Source: Girardia tigrina
Taxonomy: Eukaryota
Assembly (NCBI GenBank): GCA_001938485.1
Contig: MQRK01202286.1
Span: 4,257-66,104 of the forward strand
Direction: 5' to 3'
DNA length: 61,848 nt
Both the position numbers and the translations under genes were made by a program. The first letter of the stretch is position 1. Every line of letters starts with the position of its first letter. Below the pieces are notes generated by a model. It saw only the letters and a list, made by a program, of their open reading frames with translations. It ran no database searches and was not told where the DNA came from. Below, in pieces: positions 24,757 through 39,248 of the stretch.

Positions 24757-24812
24757 GTGAGTTTATCATTTGCCACGTCGTAATATCTATCAATTACTCG
24801 TTAATATTGCAG

Positions 24813-25374
24813 ACAGTTCACGATTCACTACAAGTCGTTCGAAGACTCGGACCGAGCGAAAGTCGTCAACGAATCGCATTTGAATTATCTCTACTTGAAC
24901 AATGGCGGTAATTTCACCCACGATTTACTGACGAGTGACGATTCGCCGAACGGATTGATGCAGCTCGAGGCAACAGAGATCGGTCTCCGGCCGTACGATC
25001 AGCGCGTCAATCGATCATCGTCACCGCCGCCTGCATCGATCTGTTACTCGGACGGAGTCTCGTGTCACTCGAGCAACACGGGCGAGTCCCACTCCAGTTC
25101 CGGTCGTCCTTCGACCGCGTCCGCGCCCTCAAACCACGATCACGTGCAAACCGCCAAGAAACGCGAGAGGAATCGATTGGCGGCCGAGAAATGCCGCTTG
25201 AAGAAACAAGGGAAAATCGCCGAACTCGAAAACGAGAAACGGAAACGAATCCACGAGAATCAGATTCTGCTGGATAAAGTGCAAAAACGTAAAGAAACAC
25301 TCAAAAAGTTGAGAATTTTCTATGGGAAGTTGAAATCGGGAGAATTCAAACCGCAACCGTATTTTATGAATTGA
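24813..25374 (+). CDS. Jun/AP-1-like bZIP transcription factor, exon 2
   Basis: TTGCAG acceptor in frame with the ORF; basic region KRERNRLAAEKCRLKKQGKIAELE (c-Jun [24 protein letters not shown]); AATAAA downstream near 25519. Confidence 0.88.
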
Positions 25375-25905
25375 TTTTCTTTTGTTCTTAAATCGAGTTT
25401 TACTTTTATTTCTAGATGCATTTGTAAATAGAATTATTGTACGCTTTTATCTCTCTCTCTCTCTCTCTTCGTTCTCTCTTTATTGATTTTATTTTCCTAT
25501 GTTTATAAATAATAATCAATAAATGTGTAAATATTATTTTTTGTCATTTTTCTCTCTCTGTCTTCGATGTCGCTTTTGTGGAACCTCATTAATTCGTTTG
25601 GATGGCGAATGAATAATTTTTTTTTAAAAGAAACAATCGTATTTTTGTGTGAGAATGATAAAAAATGGATTTACTTTTGTGAAATGTGTACAAATTTTTA
25701 GAAAATGAAATTGTAGAAAGATAATTTTTTTTGTGGTAAAAAAAAAGATTAATGAAATAATTTTTGATTTTATTTTTCTAACGCGAGTTGTGTTGATACT
25801 GGAAATATTTATTGTGTAAATAAATTATTTTTGCTATTGATTTTGTTTTGTTTTTGACAAGGAACGAGACCTATCTTTTAATTATTTAACAAAAATAATA
25901 TATTA

Positions 25906-26367
25906 TTTTGGAAATGTGTTTCTCCCACTAAGATGGAAAATTGATATTTTGGATGTTCACGATAAATAATTATTCGAGTATAATTTGCATTTAAAAGTAC
26001 AGCATAAGATATTTAAAAACATTAAAAATATTAAATCGTTTCAAATTTTCATATTAAAAATTTAAATAAAGTAAATAACTTTTAACTAAGTTTTAAATTA
26101 AATAAATGTTCTTTCTTTCCATAAAATAATTTTTAAATAAAATTAATATGTAAATAAAAATTAATACTAAAACTACAAAATTGAATTTTAAAAATAAAAT
26201 CAGAAAATAATGAAAAAATTGTTCGATTAATTGTTTGTTAAAAAACATTAAAATTCATCAATTTAGAACGATGTCGAATTACGAAAGCTTTGCTGAGAGT
26301 TGTCCAAAAGACAATTCTAATTGTTTTGAAAATAAAAGTTCAAAAAGCCATGTTGGTGTTCTTAATA
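25906..26367 (+). mobile_element. 5'-truncated LTR, Gypsy family B
   Basis: Colinear with 9604-10050 (reverse); ends GTTCTTAATA. Confidence 0.8.
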
Positions 26368-26459
26368 ATTTTAATGTTATAAAGTGCAACCATTTTTTAT
26401 CTATTTATAATTTGATTTAAGCGAGGTGTTGAAAATATCAATTAGTACCGTTAATTAAT

Positions 26460-26800
26460 ACATCTATCAATGTACTTTTCGAACGGCAGTTTATTCCACC
26501 TTCATCATGCAAAGGTCGAATAAAAAAATCATCTTTTCCTGTAGGTACTCAACCATTCACACGCCAAATTCGATACCTGTTTATGAATTCAGTAATTATC
26601 AAGTTAAGCTAATGAATTAAGATCAATCTCGAGTGCGATATAGCTAATCACCCGGTCCACATCTTTGGAATTTCTTGCAAATGTCTAACATCTTAATCTT
26701 TCAGAAAAACCCATCTGTGTCAAGACTCATGGAATCACAATCATTTGTCGCTTGTCGGGGCACTGATTGCCGTGTAAAAGCAATCTAAAGTCCTGATATT
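26460..26800 (-). mobile_element. CR1/L2-type LINE 3' remnant
   Basis: Reverse frame RKR*FFYSTFA**RWNKLP resembles the R..FF..R....WN.LP terminus. Confidence 0.4.
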
Positions 26801-27559
26801 GTGCACTTGAGATACTTTTACTTAAAAAAAATGACAAAATAAACCAAACAAAAACTCAGATTTTTAAATGATATTTACACAACGTCCGATACAAAATAAA
26901 TAACCGTTCAGTATGATTGTGACGGAAATAAAGGAACAACTGTGGTTCATGGGTTTACACTGGCGCGAGATCGTATATTTACCGTCAAATGATGTCGGAT
27001 ATGTCTTAGATCGCGTATTAATTTGCTGGAATGTTATCAGTGTTCTGTAGACGATCTGATGGATTGTTTCCGTTTTTTGAAATCCTTTTGACGATTAATA
27101 GAGGTAAAATCCAGGTATACGCTCTCGAAAATTAAAATTGTTCGGTAATTTGATGAGAATTATTTTTCAATATATTTATTGATTTTTATATTATTATTTT
27201 AATTATAATTATATATTATATTATTATTATATTATTATTATAATTCATAATTTCTTTCGTGACAAAACGGCCTTTTAGATCTTGTTTTACCAGCACCAAC
27301 AGGAATATTTGCTTCCGAATGAGACGGGTTAAGGATAAGAGAAACGTGAACAACAAAAATTATCATCACAACAACATTCAAATAAGATACACAAAAAATG
27401 TACATTAATATGCGACACTATGGTGTCTGAAGTAGTGGGAACACTACATGCCGCAACGGATCAACTCGACGTATGTCATTATTTACGACCTTCAGCTCAT
27501 CGTTAATATCATTCTGAGACTTAGTCAGCGTATGCTTTAGCAGTAATTTGTCTTAGTCG

Positions 27560-28660
27560 TCACGAGTCGTATCCATCTGAGATAAAATTTCTTTTAATCA
27601 TCCATGCAGTTCACTACTCAATCTCCTCATGTCAGCAAACAATTTTTTTAAAAAAAAAATTCATTTTTACCAACATATCCAATCCAAACTGTCAAACGTT
27701 TTCTTCATTGATTATAAAAAATCAGCTTTGGTAACTTTACAGATGTTACAGCTTTGCTGGCACCGACCTGATCATCACAAAACTTTCCTAAAATATTTAT
27801 ATCCAAGAACGACGATAAATATACGAAGGAGGATCACCTGGCTTTGTCGATTGAGCTTTACAGAGATTTTTCTCTACTATCATGTTCTTTCCAAGCTTTT
27901 TCCGGGGAATTAGACTTTCCCAATCCCATCATATGCAAATAATTGTCTTCAACGAATATAGGTTTTTCTTTATCCTGGTTTAGGCTTCTGTTCAGGATTT
28001 ATCAATTATTTCTTTTGCTTTTTATTTACCTAGAAATACCATTCATCGTCTCCAGGGACGATTCGATAAAACAAAACTTGCCTGTGTCAATGGGTAACTT
28101 GGTTTAGAGTGAAATTTTGAGAAGCAATGAAAAGCCGATTATTTTTCTGTTTTGGGGTAAGTACTTCTGGAGCCTAAGTACAAAGTTTTTGAATAAAATC
28201 TATTGGCGAAGGGTGATGTGAAGATAGCGTAAATTTACAAATCATATTTTGGCTCAATTCCTTACTTGACTAGCCCGTTATATTCCTTCAAAAGATCTCC
28301 AAGGAATTCATCATCCATCAATATGAGGAGTGTCGTTTAAGTCGAAATTATCACGTTTGAACATGTCAAACCAATGCGAGCAGTTCGACTAGCTATATCA
28401 TCCTCTCCAAACACGAGAAAAATATCTGCAGTAGCTCAATCGCCTTTTGACCCAGATTAAAAGCGAAAAGAATATATTGAAAATACGATTCATTGTAGAC
28501 TTGACAATCGATTTGACGGTAATAATATAGGCGAAAACGATCACTTTAATCTTTTATACTATAGCACGGGCTGTATAATGGTATATAAAACTTTGTCGGG
28601 TATCAAAGACTCTTTGTAGAAAAAATTGTTTCATGTAACAACGAGAACTTTTGCAAAAAC
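27560..28660 (-). mobile_element. Degenerate mariner, same family as 37401-38269
   Basis: 5' region closely resembles 38030-38260; transposase remnants include SPGDDEWYF. Confidence 0.75.
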
Positions 28661-30009
28661 AATTATAAATGGAAATATATCCTAGTTAATTGAGTTAGAT
28701 GATGATCCGTCGAAACTAATAACAATATATTATGATCAACATTTTTTCTGTGTTATACTTATATTTTTTTACCGTTTTACAAGTATTTAAACCAATCTTA
28801 TATTTTCACATTTACAAAACTAATAATATTAAGTATTTATATAAAGGATTGTTAATCCTGTTTGCCATCATAAACATTGTTACATTTTATTGAATGTATT
28901 TGGAACGGAAACCATGCATCCACATTAATTCAGAACCTCCGATTGTCGAACAAATAGAAAGGTAAGCAAATAAAAATGAAGGCATAATTTCTATTGGAAT
29001 TAATACCACTTTCGATCAGAAAACACAAAGAGTTTGATTAAATAATTACAAGTCGACTGAATTGTCTCAAGGCAATTTTTATCATCCTGATTATAATGAC
29101 CGTAGATGAGATTCAGAAAAATGTTATTTATCGTCGATAAAATCGAATTTTAGTTTTTAAATTCAATAACGATATTTGAAACTTTTGTTGGATTTAATAA
29201 AAACGTTTTATCATAAGGCTTTGTCAAACTGTCGATTGATGAAAACCGATTCGTTAATTTTGATAAAGTAATTTTTTTCATATCTCATTGGATTTATCGA
29301 AATACAATTAAAATATCGTAAATTTGAATCAAAATTTTAAAGTTCGCACAACTTTTATTTTTTGCATTAAAATTAAACTTTTTTTTTGAATTGAACTCGA
29401 AATTCCTTTACTTTTTTACTCAACAATTTTTCTCCTTTTATAACACAAACATTTTTTAAGTGTGAACAAAGACATTCACACATGCACACAATTTTTCCCA
29501 TTTAAAATAAACATTAAAACACACATTCACAGACAAATCACAATCAATCACACGCAACGTAAACATGCACATTAATCGATATTTCAATTTTTTACATTTC
29601 ATTCCACAAACATTGACACATATACGCACACTGATCTCATGGCGTTATCAATTGGTTCGTTTTAAATATATAATGATTGCTACTCACCAATATTATTAAG
29701 CAATTTGAAATCAATAATGTAACAAAGCAATGCAATCAAACTAAAAGCCACATAATTATAAATGTTTAATACTTTATTTAATTTTTTACTTTTTTTAATT
29801 TTTAATTTCTTTTTATTATTTTAATTATTTATTTTATGTTACTTTTAATTATTTAATTTAATTATTTTTATTAATTATATATTTTAAATAATTTATTTAT
29901 GAATTTTCCAAAACTGGCAAAATGTTCGGTCGAAATGATAAATTTTCCGCTCCAGTATTATTAGATCATCAAACATGAAATTTGTAGAACTAAAGTCAAG
30001 GTTTATTGA

Positions 30010-31181
30010 TTTAATTGATTTTAATTTATCAATGCAATTATTTATGTACCCATATTATCTACACACTTTTGCCATTTGAGCGACAACTTGTTAAGGCAAT
30101 TTCAATAAAAATTTGGAGGGCGAGAATCTATATATTCATGGAAGGCCATTTTTACGGCATCTTCGGAATTGAATTTTTTGCCTATCAAAAATTGTTCAAA
30201 TTGAAGAAGAAATGGTAGTCAGTTTGGGCTAGATCTGGTGAGTATAAAGGATTATTCAGAAGTTCGAACTCTAGTTCCTGCAGTTTTGTCACGGTCTTAA
30301 GTGCATTATTTAGTTTTGCATTGTCGTGGAGCAAGATGGGTTGACCTATTTACCAAATGTGCTTGTTTTTCTTTAAGTTTCCGCATCACCCCTTCCAATT
30401 GGTTGTAGTAGGCATCTGCTTTCACGAAGTCATAATGACTTACACCAGCGGTAGACCACCAAACACTCACTATCAGCTTTTTTGATGAATTTTTGGTGCT
30501 TCATTTATGTCTAATCTTCTTGCTGAACGTTTTGGATAATCATATCTGATCCACTTTTCTTCACCAGTGACAATATGATTGAAAACGTAATAAAATTTAT
30601 AACTATAATGCATCATTAAGCAATCTTCCACATGCTTTTATTTCTGCTTTTCATTCAATTCATGTTGAATCCACTTATCAGACTTTATTGCTTTACCGAT
30701 TTCAACCAAGTGATTCAATTTTCTTTGTTTTGAAACAGCAAACGTTATCGATAAATCAACAGGACCGGTTAGCTTCAGTTTGTCATTGTATACCTGCGTT
30801 GTTGGGCTACCCCGAGACTCATTAGTGAAATTAAAATTAAGTTTCACGAATTCACTGAACTAATTTGAGAAGGTCTACTGCGTAGTAGTATTGTATCAGA
30901 ATACACTATTGATGTTTCAATGGTTTCTGATACTGAAGTTCCACGTGGAAACTCGTACTTCATAATAGTTTGAATTTCTGCATTTTCCACTTTTTAAAGT
31001 ACTGATTATTGAAACAAGTTATCAATAATTTAAATTAATTCGTATTGATGTACTCAATTGCCAGATATGTAGCAATTAAAATAAAAAAACTGAGCAACAA
31101 ATTGTTCAGTCATTTTCAATTTATAACTATTTTAATTTATTGTAATTATGTCTAAAAATTTCATACTTGACAACCTAATAT
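30010..31181 (-). mobile_element. Degenerate mariner
   Basis: KWIQHELNEKQK (WVPHEL), IVTGEEKWI, VSVWWSTAGV, PILLHDNA. Confidence 0.8.
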
Positions 31182-34100
31182 TATGACATGTAATGTCTTG
31201 CACCATGGATCTTTTCTGAGTGATGTGGGGATAAGCCACACTTTAGACCTAAAACTCTTCCGGAAGGTGTACACATCTTTTCATAAGAATTGAATATATT
31301 GCCACTTATTTAACTTTTAGTTTAGTAAAATAAAGAATATATGTTTTCAAATTTGATACAGTGAAACTGCAACCGTATTGTTCGCTCTCCTCTCCTTCTA
31401 TCAGAATTTAAAATCCATAATATTGTAAGACCTATTTGTAATTAAGTATATAATCGTTTGTTTCATGTTTATATTTTAAATTTTAAAAACAGAAAATTTC
31501 ATTTTTGCATTTTAAAATTTATTGATCATTTTTATTTCTATTTATTGTGTATTATTCGTATGAATATAATATGTTATTTTCTGTCTATTTGTGTAGTGTA
31601 AAATTCTCAACAGAAAATTTCAAAAAAAACAATAAAACAAACAATTTTATTTATATATTTTTCAAACTCCGTTTGTGTTGAAGTTGAAGATGAGCCTCGT
31701 GTCAATAGAAATATTGTTGGTATTGATTTTTGTTGTTTTTATTGTTAACATAATTTTTAAATGATTTTAGCCAAGCTACAAACGTCGCTTTCGATGGTGA
31801 GCATTTCATTTGATCTGGCTGGTGCGTTTATTGGTGTACGGATTAAGAACTAATTACATCTAATTCTTTTAACATCGCGATCTACATTATATATTTATAT
31901 TTATTCACTCTTTCTTAGCCAATATCACTATGGTGAAAAATAAAGAATAAACAAAACAGCTTTAAGGTTTCACGTAACACTGACTCAAAAAACTTTAAAT
32001 GAACGTTTACAGATTTATTCATTAAATCGTTCTTCAAATTATTGATTCAAAGACTTGATTGTTTCTTCTTAAATTGCATTTCAGTGTTTAAAAAGTTGTT
32101 GACTATTGGGAGATCATTCAAATAAAGTGTCTCAAGTAAGGACATTTTGGAATTACTAGAAGATAAAGTTGAGGTTTAATAACATTAAGACAGATTACTA
32201 TCAACACTAAAATGAATATAAATAATTTAAAAAATAAATGAGTAAATAACGTACAATGTTCGGTACAGACTCCAGGTTTCCATAGAGACTGACCGGTAGT
32301 AGCAAAGACATAACAGTTGAATTGAAATTGCTGCTGTTCATACTGGGCCCATTAATTCTTTTTTTTTTATTTTTGATATTATTTCGGGTCATTTTGGGGA
32401 CAAATGTAATTAATTAGTTCGATAACTTAGCGGATTTCGATACATTCAACAAATTACTAGTTCACAAAAAATTTAATCTACTTGATAATTATTTCTTTTT
32501 ATCATAAAAAATAAAATATTTTTTAAAAATATAAAAGTCAATTGATTCAATAAATATTGTACTGCTGACAAAAATTCGTTGTAACAGAAACAGTAAAATT
32601 CGAATATTGTGCGACAAAAAAGTCGTTAATTATTAACGAAATGAAAAAAAAAGACTGGAAAAGCAGTCGTTTTTGTATATAAATAAAAAAACCATTATAT
32701 AAATAATCATAATATATTCCGCAACATACAAAATTAATAAAAATATCGAATTAAATTTGAAGTTTTATACTTGTCAAGTTAATCAATATCAAAATCTTTG
32801 TTAGTTTCGAGAATACATTCTGATGATAATTCCGATAAATACATTTTTTAAAACTCTTATTTGATAACAACAATAAAGATATCATTTAAACAAGTTTTGT
32901 CTAAGTAAATTTCTGTGGAACGATTTTTTATTTTTTTTGCGCAAACCAATAATATCAAAATAATTGTAAATATCAATGTATGTAAATTTATTATTTTCTA
33001 ATTTTTATATTAAAAAAATTTTTTTAATTTTATAAAATCATTTTAATTTAAAAATATTAAAATTATAAACGTAAACTATTTTCAAATATTTTTTATATTA
33101 TTTTTTGTATTTAATTTTATAATTTTTTTTAAATATTGTATTTTCTTTTGATTAAACATTTTATTAAACTTTTTAAAAATTTTAATATTTTTTATGATAT
33201 TTAGTTTTTTCCATATTGTATTTACTTTTTCAAGTTTATTAAATTCTATTTAACTATTTTTAAGAATTTATTTAATTCGCTTTCAAATCAATTTTATTTA
33301 GTAATTTTATTATTTTTAAATTTAATTCGTTTTTTAAATCTATTTAATTAGAAGTTTCATTTCTTTAAATTTTATCTAAAACATTGTTTTAATATTATTG
33401 ATATTGTAACTTTATACCACATTTATCTTCTTTACATATTTTACAATAAATTTCTTTTTATATACATTTATAATTAAATATTTAATTTACACTTATGTCG
33501 ACCTTCTTTTCTTCATCATAATTTGCAGTTGCAGTTGTATTTAATATGTTAAATTATTTTACTTTAATGTTCTAGCAGAGAGTTCAATATACCTACATCG
33601 TTTACAATAAAATATAACTATAACTTGAAACTCTCACCATATTTTATAAATTAAATGACAATTTTTATTTTACTTCGGTAATTATAGCTAATTTATATAA
33701 TGTTATTAAATAATATATTAATATATACTAAATAATTGATAATTAAAAATCTTAAATTCAGCTGTTGTTTTTTTTAAATTGTTGTTTTCGTATTAAATTT
33801 AAATAAAATATAATTTAAGTAAAGGGAGACAAAAATTATTAAATAATAATAATTTTTTAATTTAATCTTAATCTTAATTAATTAATTAATAATATTTATT
33901 TATTATCAATTTTGTTTTGTAAAATTGCTTCTAAAAATGTTTAGGGCCGTAAATTATGACTTGAAAGAAGTAATATTTACCAAAATAAAAAATCTGGACT
34001 ATTTACTAAATTCAAAATCCCAAAGAACTTTAACCATAAACCTTTAAACATTTTTCTCCTTAAGATTTAAAAGATAGACCAGTCACAAACCACTGGTGGT

Positions 34101-37100
34101 TAAATGACGCATAATAAACATAATGTAAATGTAAACTTTACTAATGAAAATTTTTTAACATAAACATTTACAAAATTTATATACCTATTAAAGTAAAAAA
34201 TTAGACAACATAAAGAATATAACCATTTAAAATACGAAAACCAAATAAATAACCATTGATAAAATCGATGTCATGTGCGAATTTCAATCTAAAAATATCA
34301 TTTAAATATATTTATTAAGAAACTTTTTGTTATTTTTAGAACAATGTCAATTTGCATCTCAAAACATTTGAAGTTAACGTTGGAAAACAAATATCAAAAT
34401 AAATATAATATACATTTTCACGATTGTTAAAAAATCAACTCGATCATTCCACTATTATATGCTTTTTGTAGCAATAATAAATTATTGAACGAAAATGTGC
34501 TAAAATGATAAATATCGATTTGTTGCTTGTGAATTTTACTTTCAAATTTCAGTTTGTCATTCTTTGAAATTTGTCGATTATATGAGCGATTATCAATCGA
34601 TAATTTCAAATTTATCGATCGCCATTGTCTTTTTTGTAGCATGAAATTGTTGAAATTGTTATGATGTACATTATAATAAAATGTTGAATATAATAATAAT
34701 AATAATAATAATAGATGACATTTAAAATTTTAAAACCATGAATTAAATTTAAATTAATCAAAATTTTTTAAAAAAAGACCCGCTCTACCTTTGGGGACGA
34801 ATTGTGTGAGAGCTATGCGGGACTCATAACAGACGGATATGGTTCAGGAGTGATTCACAAATGTTGAGTATCCGTTTCTAGGAGCACATAGGATGAGGTT
34901 CTTTTGCGAGTTATGAAGTTTTTGTTTTTCTGTTTTTGGAGAATTGAACTCATTTAATGTAGTTATATTGCTCTTACAACTTCCGATTGGCAAAAGGTAA
35001 TCTTAATATCGCAAAAATTGTTAGAAGCATTTCATTTTCAAATTCAAATATAACTTTTGAATGAACATCAGTAAAGCAACCATTTATTACTTCCATAATC
35101 ATTTATCAGATCACTATTTTTCACTACATGTTTTATTTTACATAGAAATTCTTCAGATGTTTGGAGCACTTTTTAATTCACATTTTAATTTGACCGACTT
35201 TTTTTATTCTGAAACGCCATCAAATATTCACAGACTTTACTTTTTCGATTTGGGTGTGTGTGTTTACTAACGCGAGTTAGAATACGACGATATGCCTCTA
35301 CAATCTACAAGTTTTGATTGTTGTTAAAATATAAAACTGATTTGCGTTTGCGTGTTAATATTGTGTACAAATCTTTGGATCGGTGGTCGCCGAGGAAAAC
35401 ATAGGGTTGGAACTAGTTGAAGAAGATAATGGTTAATTATTGTCAATACTAGTCAATTCATCAAAGAACCAATCTTATGAGGCTGGTCTTGATTTACAGG
35501 ATCTTTATGTGCTCACGAATTGTGAAACTTATCATCGGGATACAAACTTTCAAAACTTATTGGATTTTAAGGAATCATTACTGAATTTCTTAATAGCCCG
35601 CTAGGATGCAAGACCCATACAAGGAATTGGAGAAAGGTGCAAAAGAAATTATCAAATGCAATGGAAATTACACTTTACATTTTGGAATTTATTTTTAGAT
35701 GCGTTATGAATACTGTTCACTGTTTATGTAATATTCAATATCGGTATTTTTAAGAACACTTTAAAGATTCTGTTTATTCCGAACTTAGTGATAGAACAAA
35801 AGAAGATGACACATGATACCTACACATCTAGCACAAAGGATCACAACAGAAGCATAGGCAAAATTAATTAATTGTAACATTTCAATTAAAATAATTAATG
35901 AATAAAATAACGAAATTTTGGTCAAAAAACATTAGAAACTTTTTCTGAAATTATTTGTAGAAAACTTTGAGGAACTATCCATGATTTATATAACATTAGA
36001 GGAGTCTTAGCTATCACTGCTTGAGATGATATTTGGATCCCTAAAAAAAATTGAGCTCCATCGTCTCATGATTAAGAATATTAATAGAAATTAAAAAATA
36101 TTGATTTAGGAACATGATTTAATATTTTTATTTATATTCTTTTGTATGGCTTTATCAAATGTATCAACATTTTAGTAATAACTGATATGGAAAATGATTA
36201 AAAGGCATGTGGCTGGGATTATAGATTTGAGGACCTTACGCATCATTCAATTCAAGTTTAGAAGAATAGAAAATTAATGCAAAGAAAAAAATTTTTGGGT
36301 TTTCCGTTTGTTATTTAAAGCTGATGAGCAACGAACAATTATTAAATCAATGATTTCATAGAACCCAGTTGTTTTTTCTAATACTTATTCTTCAATTAAT
36401 TTTATCCAAGTATTTAATTCAGGTAATGCTTCTTCTATGCTTCCTATTTTTACCAATTATGTTAAGCTTCACCCAGAAATAATAATTTTAACCGTACACA
36501 AATATACCAACAGGAAATAAACCAACCCATGTTCTTAGTATATGAAATAAAGGGAAATGATTAGTACGTTCTTATAAAATATCCCATAGCTTTTTGCGTA
36601 ATGTACAATACATATAAGTCCAAAGATCTGGGATGGATCATGCACGTACAGTGACGTACCACATAAACTTCAAATAATTTCAAATACTCTTAGTACTAAT
36701 ATTTTATTCATTAAATTATTATTTCACAATTTTTAGTTTGACATGAAGTAGATAGAAGGATTTAATGGAAATTTATCAGTTTGTTTTTTCTTCTTATATT
36801 TGGAATGTTGGACCTATTGATAACACAGTGTGCGCAGTGGAATCGTGGCTACCGCACTCTGGAGACGGTGGCTGATCCTGTTGTCGGGGGATCGATCATA
36901 TATCCTCTCACTGGTGATCAGAACCCCCCAAGCATTCCGTGGTCGTCGCATCTCATCAACATTATTCTTTTACTCATCATCATCATCATGCCGTTGACGT
37001 CCGTCTCTTTCAACTTCTACATCCGTGACGAAAATTCTATCTTTGTATTTATTAATTCTCCTTTTATACACGATTTCTTTTCAATTAAACTGCCATTTTC

Positions 37101-37400
37101 ATCAAAAAACACATAATTTTCATTCAAATGCTATTTATTTTCAATTCAATATTTATATTCAAAATTTTTCACTTCATTTATTTTCATTCAATAAAACAAA
37201 TCACATTTTTTACAATTAGTCTCATTTTTTACATAATATAATTTTCACATAACAATTTCTTTTTTAACGTCAACAATTCGTTTTTTTACAATTATTTTCC
37301 AAGTTTTTTTTCTTTTTTTAGAATTTTCATCATCGATAAAGTTTTTCCCTGGTAATTAACATTTTTGCGCAAACACCTGTTTCGTCATCGTTTTAATGTA

Positions 37401-38269
37401 TTGGGTTGTTGCAAAAGTTCCCGCCGTTTTTTAAACATTTACTTTCAAAGAAATCAAAGAATTTTAAGAGCCAAAATAATAAAACTTCTACTCTCCTTCA
37501 TTGTTCACTACTTCTTCCCATCCTTCCACCAGTTTGTTGATTCCATTTCGCCAGAAATCCTTAGATCGAGTGTCGAAGAAGTTGTGGAGCCAATTCTCAG
37601 GATGATCCTGATTTTCGAAGCTAAGACTCCTCATTTCATTTGAAAGGCAGCGGAAGAGATGGTAATCCGTCGGGGCGAGGTCTGGGGAATAGGGAGAATT
37701 TGAGGGAGATTTGGAGCAGCAATGGAAAGCCGCTTATCCTTCTGTCTTTGGGTGAGTTCGTGTGGGACCCAAGCTCCAAGCTTTTGAGTAAAACCCATCG
37801 ACTGAAGGTTGCGTGAAATTGTCGCAAAATCACAATTCATCTTTTCGGCAAATTCTCAGCATGTCTGGCGGCCATCTTCCTTGAAAAGATCCCCGAGTTG
37901 GTCCTCGTCCATCTCGACTGGTCTTCCGGAACGAGGAGCGTCGTTGAGGTCGCAAATCAATCCCGGTCTGTTCTCTCAGCTATAGTGTCCTCTTCATACA
38001 CGGCACAAATATCTCTGGTAGCTTCACTCGCTTTTTGACCACGATTAAAGGCAAAAAGAAGGTATCGAAAATGCGATTTTTTGTCGACTTGACAATCCAT
38101 TTGACGGTTCTAAAAAAATACAAAAAATAATATAGGCAAAAACGATTACTTTAATCCTGTAGAGCATAGCACGGGCTTTCTAATTGTATATAAAACTTCA
38201 CCAAACATTAAAAAGTCTTTGTAGAACAAGTAGTTTCATGTAACGGCGGGAACTTATGCAATAACCCAA
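37401..38269 (-). mobile_element. Internally deleted mariner with both TIRs
   Basis: TA|TTGGGTTGTTGCAAAAGTTCCCGCCGTT ... AACGGCGGGAACTTATGCAATAACCCAA|TA; LGAWVPHELT joined close to the C-terminal motif, so the central domain is deleted. Confidence 0.92.
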
Positions 38270-39248
38270 TAAAACAAAGTGTTTCAGGTACCAGATCATC
38301 CGCAGGAAACCTAGATGTCGCATTGTAAGGGATCACTGTAAAATAATGCTTTCAGTACAATTGTAAAGAATAACACGATTCGCTGGTTGCTGCCTCTTGA
38401 GATCCATGTAAAAGTGATATTTGAACACCCAATCTTATTAATGTTCTTTCACTCTGATCGTTGTTTGACATGTTTATGTTTTGGCATGTTGATTTTTGTT
38501 GATGATTATTATTTAACATAGGATTAAATGAGTTTTTATATAAATGTAATTTATAAATTTTAAAAATTTATTTAACTATATATATGTGTGTGTTATGCGG
38601 AATTTGTGTAATTTCTGAAGTCGTGGATTATGCGATTTTTGCCGAATTCAGGAATTAGACAACCGACTTGCCGAATTCATGAACTCGGCAATTAATATTA
38701 ACATTTAATATCAAAAAGTATTTATTTAATATGAAAAATTATGTATTTTTTCATATTAAAAGCATATTTTTTCATATAAAATGCGCATAAAATGAAATTA
38801 TTTTTCTGAAATAACATTTTTATGAAGAGTAATAAAGTGAAACCAAAGAGACTATTTTACGCGTTCTAATACTTCAGCTTTTGCAAAAAATATGTTAATG
38901 TACTTCACAAATACCGAAAATGTTCACTAAATGTACGATTACTAACTACTACATTGTGATGGTTTTTGGATAAGAAATATAGGATAAAGCAAATGAAATT
39001 ATCCTTAAATTTACACAAGTAAATAAATTAATCCCAGAATCATGTTATTGACTTGATCCGAAAAATATATCTATTATTATTTCTATACTGATAAAAAAAC
39101 TATGTGGAAAATTAATATAAATTATGTTGAAATTATAAAATTGATAATGGATCGTCATTTGAAAATTGAATACTTTAGGTATGAAAAATGAGTTTCTTCA
39201 ATATCTGTGATTTTTAAAATGGTTGAGCAGCTTAAGTGGAAATCTTCA

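Noticed and set aside
25007-25356. Overlapping alternative and antisense ORFs in the bZIP exon
   Set aside because: Explained by the GC-richer codon usage of the real exon; no independent motifs.
36321-36340. CTGATGAGCAACGAAC as a hammerhead
   Set aside because: GAAC instead of GAAA, 1-bp stem II, no stems I or III.
36900-36965. Minus-strand MRRPRNAW as an HMG-box start
   Set aside because: No further HMG residues; short frame bounded by stops.
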